Origin: Euryarchaeota archaeon UBA39
GTDB lineage: Archaea; Thermoplasmatota; Poseidoniia; Poseidoniales; Thalassarchaeaceae
Direction: 5' to 3'
NCBI GenBank assembly: GCA_002503045.1
Contig: DAQW01000056.1
Location: 575 to 41,036, forward strand
Length of the DNA: 40,462 nt
In this document: piece after piece, positions 1 to 8,249 of the stretch
How positions within the stretch are numbered: position 1 is the stretch's first letter
Layout: each line of letters starts with the position of its first letter
Position numbers and translations under genes: made by a program
Notes under the pieces: model-generated
The model's database searches: none
The model's input: only the letters and a program-made list of their open reading frames with translations
What the model was told of the DNA's origin: nothing

Positions 1-191
1 AGTAAGGAATCTACTAATTCAGGAGGGCACGTTGGAAATACACCAAGAGCATCTCCTGCTTTGTATTCTAATCCAGAATCTCCTAAATCAAAAACAATAT
101 GTCTAGTTTCTTTCTTTGAATTATCGCCATTCAATACATGATTAACAGTAATCTTAGATGGGTATGGGTTTTTGTTTGAGTAATCGGCCAA
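1..191 (-). CDS. FAD-binding flavoprotein domain of the CysJ / NADPH-cytochrome P450 reductase / FNR type (N-terminal part only; the gene runs off the window)
   Basis: Reverse-strand translation from TTG at 189-191, with an in-frame TAA directly upstream at 192-194, reads LADYSNKNPYPSKITVNHVLNGDNSKKETRHIVFDLGDSGLEYKAGDALGVFPTCPPELVDSL. This fits the RH(I/L)..DL....L.Y..GD.LGV pattern of the FAD-binding barrel of sulfite-reductase-type flavoproteins. It is absent from the ORF track because there is no stop inside the window. Confidence 0.55.
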   Translation of the reverse strand, partial: MADYSNKNPYPSKITVNHVLNGDNSKKETRHIVFDLGDSGLEYKAGDALGVFPTCPPELVDSL

Positions 192-299
192 TTAAATCCC
201 TCTTACGTTTGGTCGGGTTCGTCATCAGTATTTCAATGAAATGACGTAATTTACCTCCTTAGGAAGATTGAATGTGTAGGGGCCTGTCAGAGTTAATGC

Positions 300-1079
300 A
301 TGGCCTCTAAATTGAGAGTTTTGGGTTCAGGTAATGCCTTCTGCCCTCCCGGGCGATTGCATTCCTGTATGCTTCTAGATGATAGAATCTTAATTGATGC
401 ACCCCCCACAATTCTTCATCAATTGCAAAAAAATGGCATATCTAGTTCTCAAATTACAGATTTACTAATTACTCACTGGCATGGAGATCATGTTTTTGGT
501 CTGCCATTCCTACTTCTTGATCGACGTTTTATTTCAGATAGAGAGGGGCATTCAAAACTCAGAATTCATCTACATTCAAATGGAGTTGAAAGAATGAAAG
601 AAATCTGTTCATTAGCATTTCCCAATACTCTTGAACAGGTTATCGAAGAAAGAGTAGAATGGGTCGTTGAAAATAACGGACATGCGAATGGATGGGATTA
701 TGAACGATTTCCAGTAAAGCATACTCCTGAAACAGATCCTCACGGTTATTTGCTTAGAGATAAAAAGGGATTTGTTCTTTTGCATACAGGAGATTCAGGA
801 CCTTGTGAATCAATAGATCAGAGAACACCTATTTCGGATGTTATTTTGTTGGAAATGGGGGTACCTGAAGGTGATGATTTTCCCTACCATCATACTCCTA
901 AAGATATTGTAGATGCTGCTAAATTACATAATGAAAAACAATTTTTAATTACACATTCCTATGCTTCTGGCAAAGAAGAAAAGATTGGGTTCAATATGCC
1001 CAAATTAGCTAGAAATACTATACAAATTGAAGATGGTGAGATTTACAAATTAGATGCGACGGGAATTACTATTCTATAA
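300..1079 (+). CDS. Metallo-beta-lactamase-fold hydrolase (RNase Z / PhnP-like)
   Basis: 259-aa ORF with the H-x-H-x-D-H zinc motif (ITHWHGDHVFGLPFLL) and a later HTGDSG motif typical of the MBL fold. Confidence 0.8.
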   Translation: MASKLRVLGSGNAFCPPGRLHSCMLLDDRILIDAPPTILHQLQKNGISSSQITDLLITHWHGDHVFGLPFLLLDRRFISDREGHSKLRIHLHSNGVERMKEICSLAFPNTLEQVIEERVEWVVENNGHANGWDYERFPVKHTPETDPHGYLLRDKKGFVLLHTGDSGPCESIDQRTPISDVILLEMGVPEGDDFPYHHTPKDIVDAAKLHNEKQFLITHSYASGKEEKIGFNMPKLARNTIQIEDGEIYKLDATGITIL

Positions 1080-1224
1080 ATGGCCTCGGAAAGGGTATCT
1101 CAAAACCATAAAAAAATGCACGTCATTCGATTTTTCATGAACAAGATTAAGTCATTGACGCGACTGTACAGTAAGTCCCGTTCGCTTAGCCGGTTAGTCC
1201 GAGACTGATTGAACACAATGGAAG

Positions 1225-2469
1225 ATGAATAAAATGGCGAATATTTTCGATGCAGCTAGTCGGAAAAATTCGGTATTTATTGACAGACGTGTTTTTGACC
1301 CTCACCATTCCCCATCTACTTTCAACCATAGAGATTCTCAAATTAGAACTATGGTGATGAATCTTGCAGATGCGTTGGAAGGCCATATACCTGGAAATAT
1401 GATTCTCTATGGGCCATCCGGAACTGGAAAAACTGCTGCAACAAGATTCGTTGCACAGCAGTTAGAAGAACGAGCACAAATAATTGGAAGTAGAGTTTAC
1501 ACACATGAAATCAATTGCCAACATGTCAATACACGTTATCGAGTTCTACATGGAATTTCAGAAACACTCCGAGAATCAGGAGATCAAGTCATTCCATTTA
1601 CTGGCTGGCCCGCAGATAGAGTTCTATCAGAAACAATTAGACGTATGGATCGACAAGGAGGAGTTCATATTCTAATCCTTGATGAAATGGACCAACTAGC
1701 TTCGCGTTCCGAAGATCAATTGCTCTATGACTTAACTAGTCTCAATGTTCTTCTAAAACAGAGTAGAGCTTCAATTATTGGAATTAGTAACGATATTGGA
1801 TTTACCGACAAAATTCCTGGCCCGATTCGCTCAAGAATGTCTGCTGAAGACATCATTTTTTCACCTTATAGTTCCAACGAACTGTCTCAAATTTTAGTAG
1901 AGCGTGCAAAAGTAGGGTTACGAAAAGGATCCTGGGAAGAAGTAACAATGCGTTTCTGTGCTGATCTTTCTGCTAAAGAACATGGAGATGCAAGAAGAGC
2001 GATTGATCTTCTGCGAGTTTCGACCCTACGTGCAGAAATTGCTCAAAGTGAGACTATTGAAATTGAACATATTCAATCTGCTCATAAACAAGTGGAACAT
2101 GAAAGAGTAATTGGCCTACTTCAAGGCCTTCCTCTTCATCAAAAACTTACATTGACATCAATAATCATCAATGAAAGGAATGGAGTATTAACGCAAACGA
2201 CTGGAACCATCTGGGAGACATATGTACAAGCATGTAACTTAGCTGGAATGAAACCACTGACTTCTCGTTCGTTATCTTCCATTATCAATGGCTTTCATTC
2301 AGCTAGTTTAGCCCACGTGAAAAATGTCAGCCTAGGTAGAAGAGGACGGACCAAACATGTTTCCAGTCTTCTTCCACGAGGAATAGACGCAATACGTATT
2401 ATGTGTGAGAATAATGATGCAATTAATTTAGCCGTTAATGGAACCTACAAACTTCAACGACGGTTGTAA
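1225..2469 (+). CDS. cdc6: Orc1/Cdc6 replication initiator (AAA+ ATPase with C-terminal winged helix)
   Basis: Walker A LYGPSGTGKTA, Walker B ILILDEMD, sensor region ISND, a GDARRAIDLLR arginine-finger region and a C-terminal wH-like segment. Length of 414 aa is typical. The start could instead be the ATG at 1234. Confidence 0.9.
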   Translation: MNKMANIFDAASRKNSVFIDRRVFDPHHSPSTFNHRDSQIRTMVMNLADALEGHIPGNMILYGPSGTGKTAATRFVAQQLEERAQIIGSRVYTHEINCQHVNTRYRVLHGISETLRESGDQVIPFTGWPADRVLSETIRRMDRQGGVHILILDEMDQLASRSEDQLLYDLTSLNVLLKQSRASIIGISNDIGFTDKIPGPIRSRMSAEDIIFSPYSSNELSQILVERAKVGLRKGSWEEVTMRFCADLSAKEHGDARRAIDLLRVSTLRAEIAQSETIEIEHIQSAHKQVEHERVIGLLQGLPLHQKLTLTSIIINERNGVLTQTTGTIWETYVQACNLAGMKPLTSRSLSSIINGFHSASLAHVKNVSLGRRGRTKHVSSLLPRGIDAIRIMCENNDAINLAVNGTYKLQRRL

Positions 2470-2524
2470 TTCTAAACTCAAACTATCTGGCAACGGTTAA
2501 GACGGTCTCAACGGTCGGCGATTC

Positions 2525-3085
2525 ATGGCCGAAGACGAAAGTCCTGAACCATCTATGGAATTTGATTGGATTCCTGAGACCCCTTTACTTGGAAAAATAG
2601 CAGTCATGGTCGGCATTTGGGCCTTGATTGTGAATGTCGTAAATATCCTAATTGGAGCATATGCTTCCGGACAAAAAGTGGTTTGGGCAGGATTTGTCAC
2701 TTACGGCACTTTAGCGGAAAATACCTTTACACCACATAATGGGATTGAAGTTAGCCCTGGAGACATTGTTTTTACTATTATTGCAGCTCTCATTCTAGGA
2801 TTAGGAGTATTGATTCTAAATAAAACAGAAGAAGGTGGCATCATGTCATGGATTACCTCTCTAGTTTCACCCGAAAGATGGATGGTATTATTTGACTTCT
2901 CAAAGGGACTTAATGTAACCTTAGGGTCATGGTTACTAGTATCTGGAATTGCCTTCTACTTTGTCTGGTCTATTACTAACAATACGTGGGTTGATCCAGG
3001 TGTTTACGCAGTTGCCATCCCACTAATTGGATTTGGATCGATTCTTCCAATGCTTGAAAGTAATGAAGAAAATTCAGAGAATTAA
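2525..3085 (+). CDS. Hypothetical integral membrane protein (about 4 TM segments, acidic termini)
   Basis: 186-aa ORF with four long hydrophobic segments. No recognisable catalytic motif. Confidence 0.55.
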   Translation: MAEDESPEPSMEFDWIPETPLLGKIAVMVGIWALIVNVVNILIGAYASGQKVVWAGFVTYGTLAENTFTPHNGIEVSPGDIVFTIIAALILGLGVLILNKTEEGGIMSWITSLVSPERWMVLFDFSKGLNVTLGSWLLVSGIAFYFVWSITNNTWVDPGVYAVAIPLIGFGSILPMLESNEENSEN

Positions 3086-3087
3086 GA

Positions 3088-4071
3088 TTAATGTCCTCGC
3101 TTTTTGAAAATATAGTCACAAAAGCCTAGTAAAACTCCGAACCAAAGGTAGATACTCCAGAGGAGTCGTAATCTAGATGCAGGATGAATGGAAATAAGAC
3201 CCAATATTGAGCCAGAGAAAAAACCAATTTCATGAGATGATTTTGATAAACATATCACAATCAATATTGTGAATAAAAATAATGGAAAATATACTGAAGC
3301 CCTTACCGCATCGCCTGTAAAATCATGATTTACGGTTGTTCCATTTGGCAAACGTCCCCCTCGTAAACCATATTTCATTATGATTCGAACATGGGCTCTA
3401 GCATCTCTCTTTCGTTTTCTTAAGAAAATAGACATTTTTTCTTCAGCGACATGATTAACCAAGGCTTCAGGAGAATAGACAATGATTCCACCTTGCTCAA
3501 TTAATCTAAGGCTGACTTCCATATCTTCTGCATGAAACCAAGAAGGATTGAATCCACCTATGGAAATCAAAGCATCTCTCCTAAACATTGAGCAAGGTCC
3601 GTTTGCAAGAGTAGTTAATCTAGATCTACCAGAATATTTTCGATGAATTTCCTTCGACCTAAGTCTAGAAACTCTAGTAGTTCCTTCATTGAACACAGTT
3701 CGCCCAGTCACTGCCATTACCTCCTCATTTGGATGGCCTTCACTAACAAACATCATTGACGAAATCCAATTAGGTTCTGGACAACAATCAATATCTGTTA
3801 TCGCAACCCATTCTCCTCTCGAATGTTCTAAGCCTATTTGTCGACCTGCTGATAGGCCTTTAGGCTCTGAATCTATTATTATTAATTCAATGTCTGAATC
3901 TTCATTCATTTCTTTGAATGTCTTCATTCGTTCAAATGTACAATCGACTGACCCATCATTTACTGCAATTATCTCTAGTGGTCGATAATCTTGAGAAAGT
4001 AGAGACGAAAGACATTGATGAACCCAATCTTCAGCATCTCTAGCACATACAGTGATACTAACTAAACTCAA
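3088..4071 (-). CDS. Family 2 glycosyltransferase with C-terminal TM segments
   Basis: N-terminal GT-A signature (SITVCARDAEDWVHQCLSSLLSQDYRPLEIIAVNDGSVD), a D-x-D-like ITDIDC motif and a hydrophobic C-terminus. Its start overlaps the stop of the upstream gene by 4 nt. Confidence 0.85.
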   Translation of the reverse strand: MSLVSITVCARDAEDWVHQCLSSLLSQDYRPLEIIAVNDGSVDCTFERMKTFKEMNEDSDIELIIIDSEPKGLSAGRQIGLEHSRGEWVAITDIDCCPEPNWISSMMFVSEGHPNEEVMAVTGRTVFNEGTTRVSRLRSKEIHRKYSGRSRLTTLANGPCSMFRRDALISIGGFNPSWFHAEDMEVSLRLIEQGGIIVYSPEALVNHVAEEKMSIFLRKRKRDARAHVRIIMKYGLRGGRLPNGTTVNHDFTGDAVRASVYFPLFLFTILIVICLSKSSHEIGFFSGSILGLISIHPASRLRLLWSIYLWFGVLLGFCDYIFKKRGH

Positions 4072-5096
4072 GATGTACTCCCCACAACAAAAGCATCTAG
4101 AAATCGCCTCGCACGAGATTTCGTAGAAATGTCAATTTCTCTCAGAACTAAACCTTCATTCGGTTGCCCATACAATAAAACTGTACCTAGAGGTGCCATT
4201 AATATCAAAGGAATTGGAACTAAATCTTCTTCTCCATCAACTATAATCGTGACATTTTCGGATTGTGAAATGGCTTTTGAGCATGACTCGAAAATACTAG
4301 GAGTCAGCATACCAGGAGGGTTTTTTGCATTAATTACAGAATTTTGATCTATTTTTATTAATTCAAATTGATCCCATTTCTTTCTATGTGTCATTCCGTC
4401 AATTACTGAAATCCAAGTATCTCTTTTAGCAACCTGGAGAGAAAAAACAGTTACATCCCCCACTGCAATAATTTTCACGTTATCTGAAATAGATTGTAAA
4501 GCTAATTCCATAGCTATACTAGGATTATCATGAGGGCCAGAAAATAATTTACCCATAGGTTGTTTCAATTCATCATCTAATATTTCTGGCATTGTATGTT
4601 CAACCATCATTTCCGAGGATTTAATCCAATATTTACCCGTCTGATCAACAATTCCTGAACGAATCCTTGATGAGGATAAAATTTCGCCCTCCTCATCTAA
4701 AACGTGATTTATTATCACAATACGTAATGAAGATAAACCATTTTTCATCCTTAATTGATTAATTTCCTGACAAGAAGGAAAAGTTTCCTCAGTACAACCA
4801 ATCACCGAACAAGGATCTAACGAAACTGCTGGTCCATATCCATCATGTAAAATATGAAGGCTAGCATTGAGAGATTCCTCAACTATCATTTCTTCAAGTT
4901 GATTCAATCTAGTCTCAATATCCTGGATATTCATCTCCTTTTTGTTTGCCATTAAATCAGAGGCAACATGTATTTGCAAATGATCGCATTCGGATGCGGT
5001 GCCTAAGATAAGGGCACGATGACCATTATGTAATCTATCAAATGTGCCGCCTAACAGTCCGATTGAACCCTCCATGGTTGTCGATACCGCTGACAC
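4068..5096 (-). CDS. Bifunctional CoA-biosynthesis fusion: archaeal phosphopantetheine adenylyltransferase (N-terminal) plus DUF359 GTP-dependent dephospho-CoA kinase (C-terminal)
   Basis: The N-terminal half carries the cytidylyltransferase motifs GGTFDRLHNGH and SSSRIRSG. The C-terminal half carries the DUF359 hallmarks LKQPMGKL, AVGDV, IDGMTHR, NPPG, VDGEEDLVPIPLIL and LYGQPNEGLV. It is one uninterrupted ORF. The track start is GTG at 5096, but ATG at 5074 (MEGSIGLLGGTFD) is more likely the true start. Confidence 0.8.
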   Translation of the reverse strand: MSAVSTTMEGSIGLLGGTFDRLHNGHRALILGTASECDHLQIHVASDLMANKKEMNIQDIETRLNQLEEMIVEESLNASLHILHDGYGPAVSLDPCSVIGCTEETFPSCQEINQLRMKNGLSSLRIVIINHVLDEEGEILSSSRIRSGIVDQTGKYWIKSSEMMVEHTMPEILDDELKQPMGKLFSGPHDNPSIAMELALQSISDNVKIIAVGDVTVFSLQVAKRDTWISVIDGMTHRKKWDQFELIKIDQNSVINAKNPPGMLTPSIFESCSKAISQSENVTIIVDGEEDLVPIPLILMAPLGTVLLYGQPNEGLVLREIDISTKSRARRFLDAFVVGSTS

Positions 5097-5099
5097 GAA

Positions 5100-5410
5100 T
5101 TAATCATGCGATGAAGAATGTGTCCCGGGGCGTAACTTCCCGTATCACTGCCGTAGCTCATGGGCTTGACCCTGCCCCAGGACGTCTGTTGAACGGTGTG
5201 GTTGTCCCATGAATCATTCCATTCGGTCAACTGGGGACCCATATACCGTCCAGCCGTCGTTTGCATCACGGATCATTCCAAATGGTCCCCGTGAACTTCG
5301 ATCGACGGCATAATCCCCGAACGTGGTGCCGGGCGTCATCCTTCCTTCCGGCGAGGGAGGTCGTCAGCGCGGTGTTGCCGTCGGGGCAAACAAGCCTGAA
5401 CAAAGCCAAA
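5100..5410. ncRNA. G+C-rich, highly self-complementary element; probable structured non-coding RNA of unassigned class
   Basis: The largest ORF-poor gap in a very compact window, with a G+C jump (36/60 G+C in 5281-5340 versus 21/60 in 6301-6360). Nested complementary pairs: 5163-5168/5391-5396, 5173-5178/5383-5388, 5181-5184/5379-5382, 5233-5239/5284-5290, 5254-5259/5303-5308, 5266-5271/5289-5294 and 5340-5345/5355-5360. The loop motif ATCATTCCA is duplicated at 5213-5221 and 5272-5280. Wobble-only pairings (5323-5330 with 5371-5378) favour the + strand, but the strand is not settled. Confidence 0.5.
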
Positions 5411-5431
5411 TATGAATTCATCGCGAGTAAA

Positions 5432-7963
5432 TTAGGAAAATTCACCTAGACGTTCCCCGATTGCTAGGGTTATCGATGTATCACCTGATTTATCCCCTAA
5501 CCTGTGAAATGGAGGCCATTGTTCAACTGGACGAGTGAGCCATCCAACATGTACATGCGTTTTTCCAGTCCTAGGAGATTTTTCATCTCTAAGATCGTCC
5601 AATGAATCGATTATATCAATAATTGATTCAAGATTTACAGTTTCTGAAGTCTCCAAAGATACGAATCGTCTTAGACGGTCAGCCAATGAAAGTCTAATTT
5701 TTGGATGTACTCCTCCAAATCCAAATGGCAAGGAGGATTTTTCACCTTCTGGTCGTAACACAATTGCAGGCCAAGGTAAGTTTGTTTGAATGATTGACCT
5801 GCGAGCACGTGGATGTTCTGTCATCATTGTTAACATATCTGCAGAATGGGATTTCCACCATCTCCAAGGTAAATTTTGAATAAACGAAATTTGTGTTTCA
5901 ATCGTTGGTTGAGTGCCCCTCTCATTCCATTCTGAAAGAATAATCCATAGATGTAAATCGTGATTCTCTGGCAATGACCAAGCTAAACGTCTTAGACGAT
6001 CAGAAATCTCGTTAATGTCTCCTTGTCTAATATCTGGATGTTTCTGTAATAAATGGAATACTCCTTCTAATGAGTCTGCACACCTTAGTGGAGGAGACTC
6101 TAACCAAATATTCACCCCCCATCGAACTAATTCTTTGGTTTCTGAGGAATTCAACCAATGAGTGACTGAAAGGAGTCGCCCTGCGGCCCAACCTCTAATT
6201 TCGGGATTGTTTGCATACATCGTTAATTTCTTCAGATTTGATCGTAATTCTTGTTCAGAAATTATTCGATTAGAAACACTTTGATTAAATGAATTCATCC
6301 ATGAAATCGGGACTTTTTTCCAAATATCTACTATTCGATCTAAGGGAGTTTCATCAGGTAAAATGAGTTTAGACCAAATATGTGGAAGACGATGTCCAAT
6401 TCTAACCCAACGATCAATTCTTGTATTGTTAGATGAGGAAATCCAAGAAATAAGTGGATTAAATGATTCCATTTTATTGGAGAAGGTTTCATCACCTTCA
6501 GGAAAAACAGAACAGGCATATAGAAATAATTCATTTTCATCTTCATTATTTACAGGAGCATTCATTGACGATAATTGATTAGAAATCAGAGTCAATTCAT
6601 TTGGATTTACTGGGATTTTCCAACCCTTAGGTACTGATTTTTTGGTGCTTTTACTAGTATCGCCCACATATACAGGTAGAGTCCGCCCATTATATTCAGA
6701 AAATCGAAGAAAAGGCAAATCATGTACTTCATCTGTTTGAAGAATTGACAGTCTTGTATCATTTATTGAAAACCAGGGAGCAATTAACAAACGAATTTTT
6801 TCAAACCGATATAATCTTCTAGACAATGATTCGCCAATCGGTTCAGGTAAGTCAATTGAAACCCAATCAACAAATTGGTGATTCATTATGCTCAACAATA
6901 CGGCTCTAATTGCCAGAGGTCCTAAACCATCTGTTACAATTGATTCTGGAAATGGAATATTTGATTCAAGAAATCCTCTATTCCCCCAATCCTCTTTGAA
7001 TCTTCTAATAGTAATATCTGGTAATCTGGAAGGACGAGATATTCTGCCTGCATCTATCCATGAAAGAAGCAGTTGTAGCCTTGAACGTCGAGTTACGGGA
7101 CGAAGACGGGGGTGAATTAGTTCAATCCATTCTTCTAATACAATTCTAGGAATTGGGCCTATCTCTGAAGAAATAATAGATTGGCGTCCAATTAATAATG
7201 CACCTTTCTTTGAATTTCTCATTAATTGTCCTGCAATTTCATGGGATTTGGAAGTACAAATCACAGGACCTGAGGCAAAAACTTCTGTGCCACCTCTACC
7301 TATTGATCCAATTTGCCATGATCCTGGTTCGAATAGATTTGATGTATCATTATTTTCTACATCTATGATAGAATGGAACCACCGGCCAAGAGAAAGTCGA
7401 TCTGCTGAATCGGTATCAATCAATCTCGCACGTACTAGTCCAAATCCGGATTGATTCCATGACTCAATATTTCTAGAATCCAATTCGACTGGTTCAGCTA
7501 TCCGATTTAGAGAATCGGAATCAAAATATCTAGGATTTCTTTCTCTAGTTTCCGCTAAGATTCTTCCTCCATCTATTGTAGGCAAATACACTAATGGAGA
7601 TGTTGGTTTTCGAGTAACGAGCAATAAAACATGATTTTCCAATACATCTAAAATTAAAAATTGCTCATCGATTATATGGTTGAAAGAAGCCAAAGGAATT
7701 CGCGATAATTCGTCCATTTCAAGCATCGTGAAACCCTTTGAAGTCAAATTTATTGTCGCTCCCCTAGTACCTGATGAACTAGTTGAAGTTACCAAACCAT
7801 CTTCGCGCATTCTCTTTAATTCTACAGATACATGTGGGACACGCAAGCCCGATTTTGAAGAAATTGATGATACCGTCCCAGACGATTCGGATAAAGTCAA
7901 AAGTAAAATTCTACGATGGCGCCCTCTAACCTTTCTCGGGATAATGGACAAATCTGAACTCAA
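5432..7963 (-). CDS. Large orphan protein with an N-terminal winged-helix DNA-binding domain and a Trp-rich helical C-terminal region
   Basis: 843-aa uninterrupted ORF with an apparent TTG start. The N-terminus (RRILLLTLSESSGTVSSISSKSGLRVPHVSVELKRMREDGLV) looks like an ArsR/TrmB-type wHTH. The remainder has no motif I recognise. Confidence 0.7.
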   Translation of the reverse strand: MSSDLSIIPRKVRGRHRRILLLTLSESSGTVSSISSKSGLRVPHVSVELKRMREDGLVTSTSSSGTRGATINLTSKGFTMLEMDELSRIPLASFNHIIDEQFLILDVLENHVLLLVTRKPTSPLVYLPTIDGGRILAETRERNPRYFDSDSLNRIAEPVELDSRNIESWNQSGFGLVRARLIDTDSADRLSLGRWFHSIIDVENNDTSNLFEPGSWQIGSIGRGGTEVFASGPVICTSKSHEIAGQLMRNSKKGALLIGRQSIISSEIGPIPRIVLEEWIELIHPRLRPVTRRSRLQLLLSWIDAGRISRPSRLPDITIRRFKEDWGNRGFLESNIPFPESIVTDGLGPLAIRAVLLSIMNHQFVDWVSIDLPEPIGESLSRRLYRFEKIRLLIAPWFSINDTRLSILQTDEVHDLPFLRFSEYNGRTLPVYVGDTSKSTKKSVPKGWKIPVNPNELTLISNQLSSMNAPVNNEDENELFLYACSVFPEGDETFSNKMESFNPLISWISSSNNTRIDRWVRIGHRLPHIWSKLILPDETPLDRIVDIWKKVPISWMNSFNQSVSNRIISEQELRSNLKKLTMYANNPEIRGWAAGRLLSVTHWLNSSETKELVRWGVNIWLESPPLRCADSLEGVFHLLQKHPDIRQGDINEISDRLRRLAWSLPENHDLHLWIILSEWNERGTQPTIETQISFIQNLPWRWWKSHSADMLTMMTEHPRARRSIIQTNLPWPAIVLRPEGEKSSLPFGFGGVHPKIRLSLADRLRRFVSLETSETVNLESIIDIIDSLDDLRDEKSPRTGKTHVHVGWLTRPVEQWPPFHRLGDKSGDTSITLAIGERLGEFS

Positions 7964-8243
7964 TTTTCATCTCCCCTTGAAATCAGAATAATAGGATTAG
8001 TTATTTCAACATTGATATTTTATTAATTGAATTACTATATTTGTTACATTTTGTTACAGAGTTGATAGAATATTCTAGGAAAAATAACCAATTAAGTAAC
8101 ATAATGGTATTAAAAATGGTAATTTATTCTCACATTGTGTAACGAAATTTGGCAAAGAACGGCGGTCATTTGATAACCCCCCCGACTCTCCCCCCAACAT
8201 CGGCAGCCAACGCATAAGCAAAAAAAAGTCAGAAGAATAGAAG
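7964..8243. promoter_or_regulatory. AT-rich divergent intergenic region with repeat arrays; operator/promoter region or possibly a replication-origin-like element
   Basis: 280-nt gap between divergently oriented genes, an outlier in this compact window. It holds tandem TTGTTACA copies, inverted GTAACA copies, tandem AATGGTA copies and two C-tracts. See the repeat feature. Confidence 0.4.
8041..8143. repeat. TGTTAC/GTAACA repeat array: two direct and two inverted copies
   Basis: TTGTTACA at 8041-8048 and 8051-8058 (10-nt phasing). Inverted GTAACA at 8096-8101 and GTAAC at 8139-8143. AATGGTA at 8103-8109 and 8115-8121. C7 at 8177-8183 and C6 at 8190-8195 lie just downstream. Confidence 0.6.
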
Positions 8244-8249
8244 GTGAAA

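Noticed and set aside
1080-1224. A replication origin with ORB elements directly beside cdc6, and a shared CGTCAT...TGACG inverted motif upstream of both the MBL gene (220-246) and cdc6 (1121-1160).
   Set aside because: The spacer is only 145 nt and not especially AT-rich, and no canonical ORB core (TCCAGTGGAAA) occurs anywhere in the window. The shared motif rests on 5-6-mers with different spacing (15 versus 29 nt), which is too weak to separate from chance.
5097-5431. Assigning the G+C-rich element specifically to SRP (7S) RNA or RNase P RNA.
   Set aside because: The size fits, and the minus strand contains CCGGAAGGAAG...GAUGACGC, reminiscent of 4.5S/SRP helix 8. However, the conserved 5' loop residues (AGG) and the 3' AGCA are missing, no GGAAAGUCC (CR-I) or GGCUUA (CR-V) box is present, and the stems fold better on the + strand. 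I report it only as an unassigned structured RNA.
5051-5449. ORFs 5051..5269 (-) of 72 aa and 5261..5449 (+) of 62 aa inside the G+C-rich gap.
   Set aside because: High G+C removes stop codons by chance. The peptides are low-complexity with no motifs, one overlaps the PPAT-DPCK start, and the region is better explained by RNA structure.
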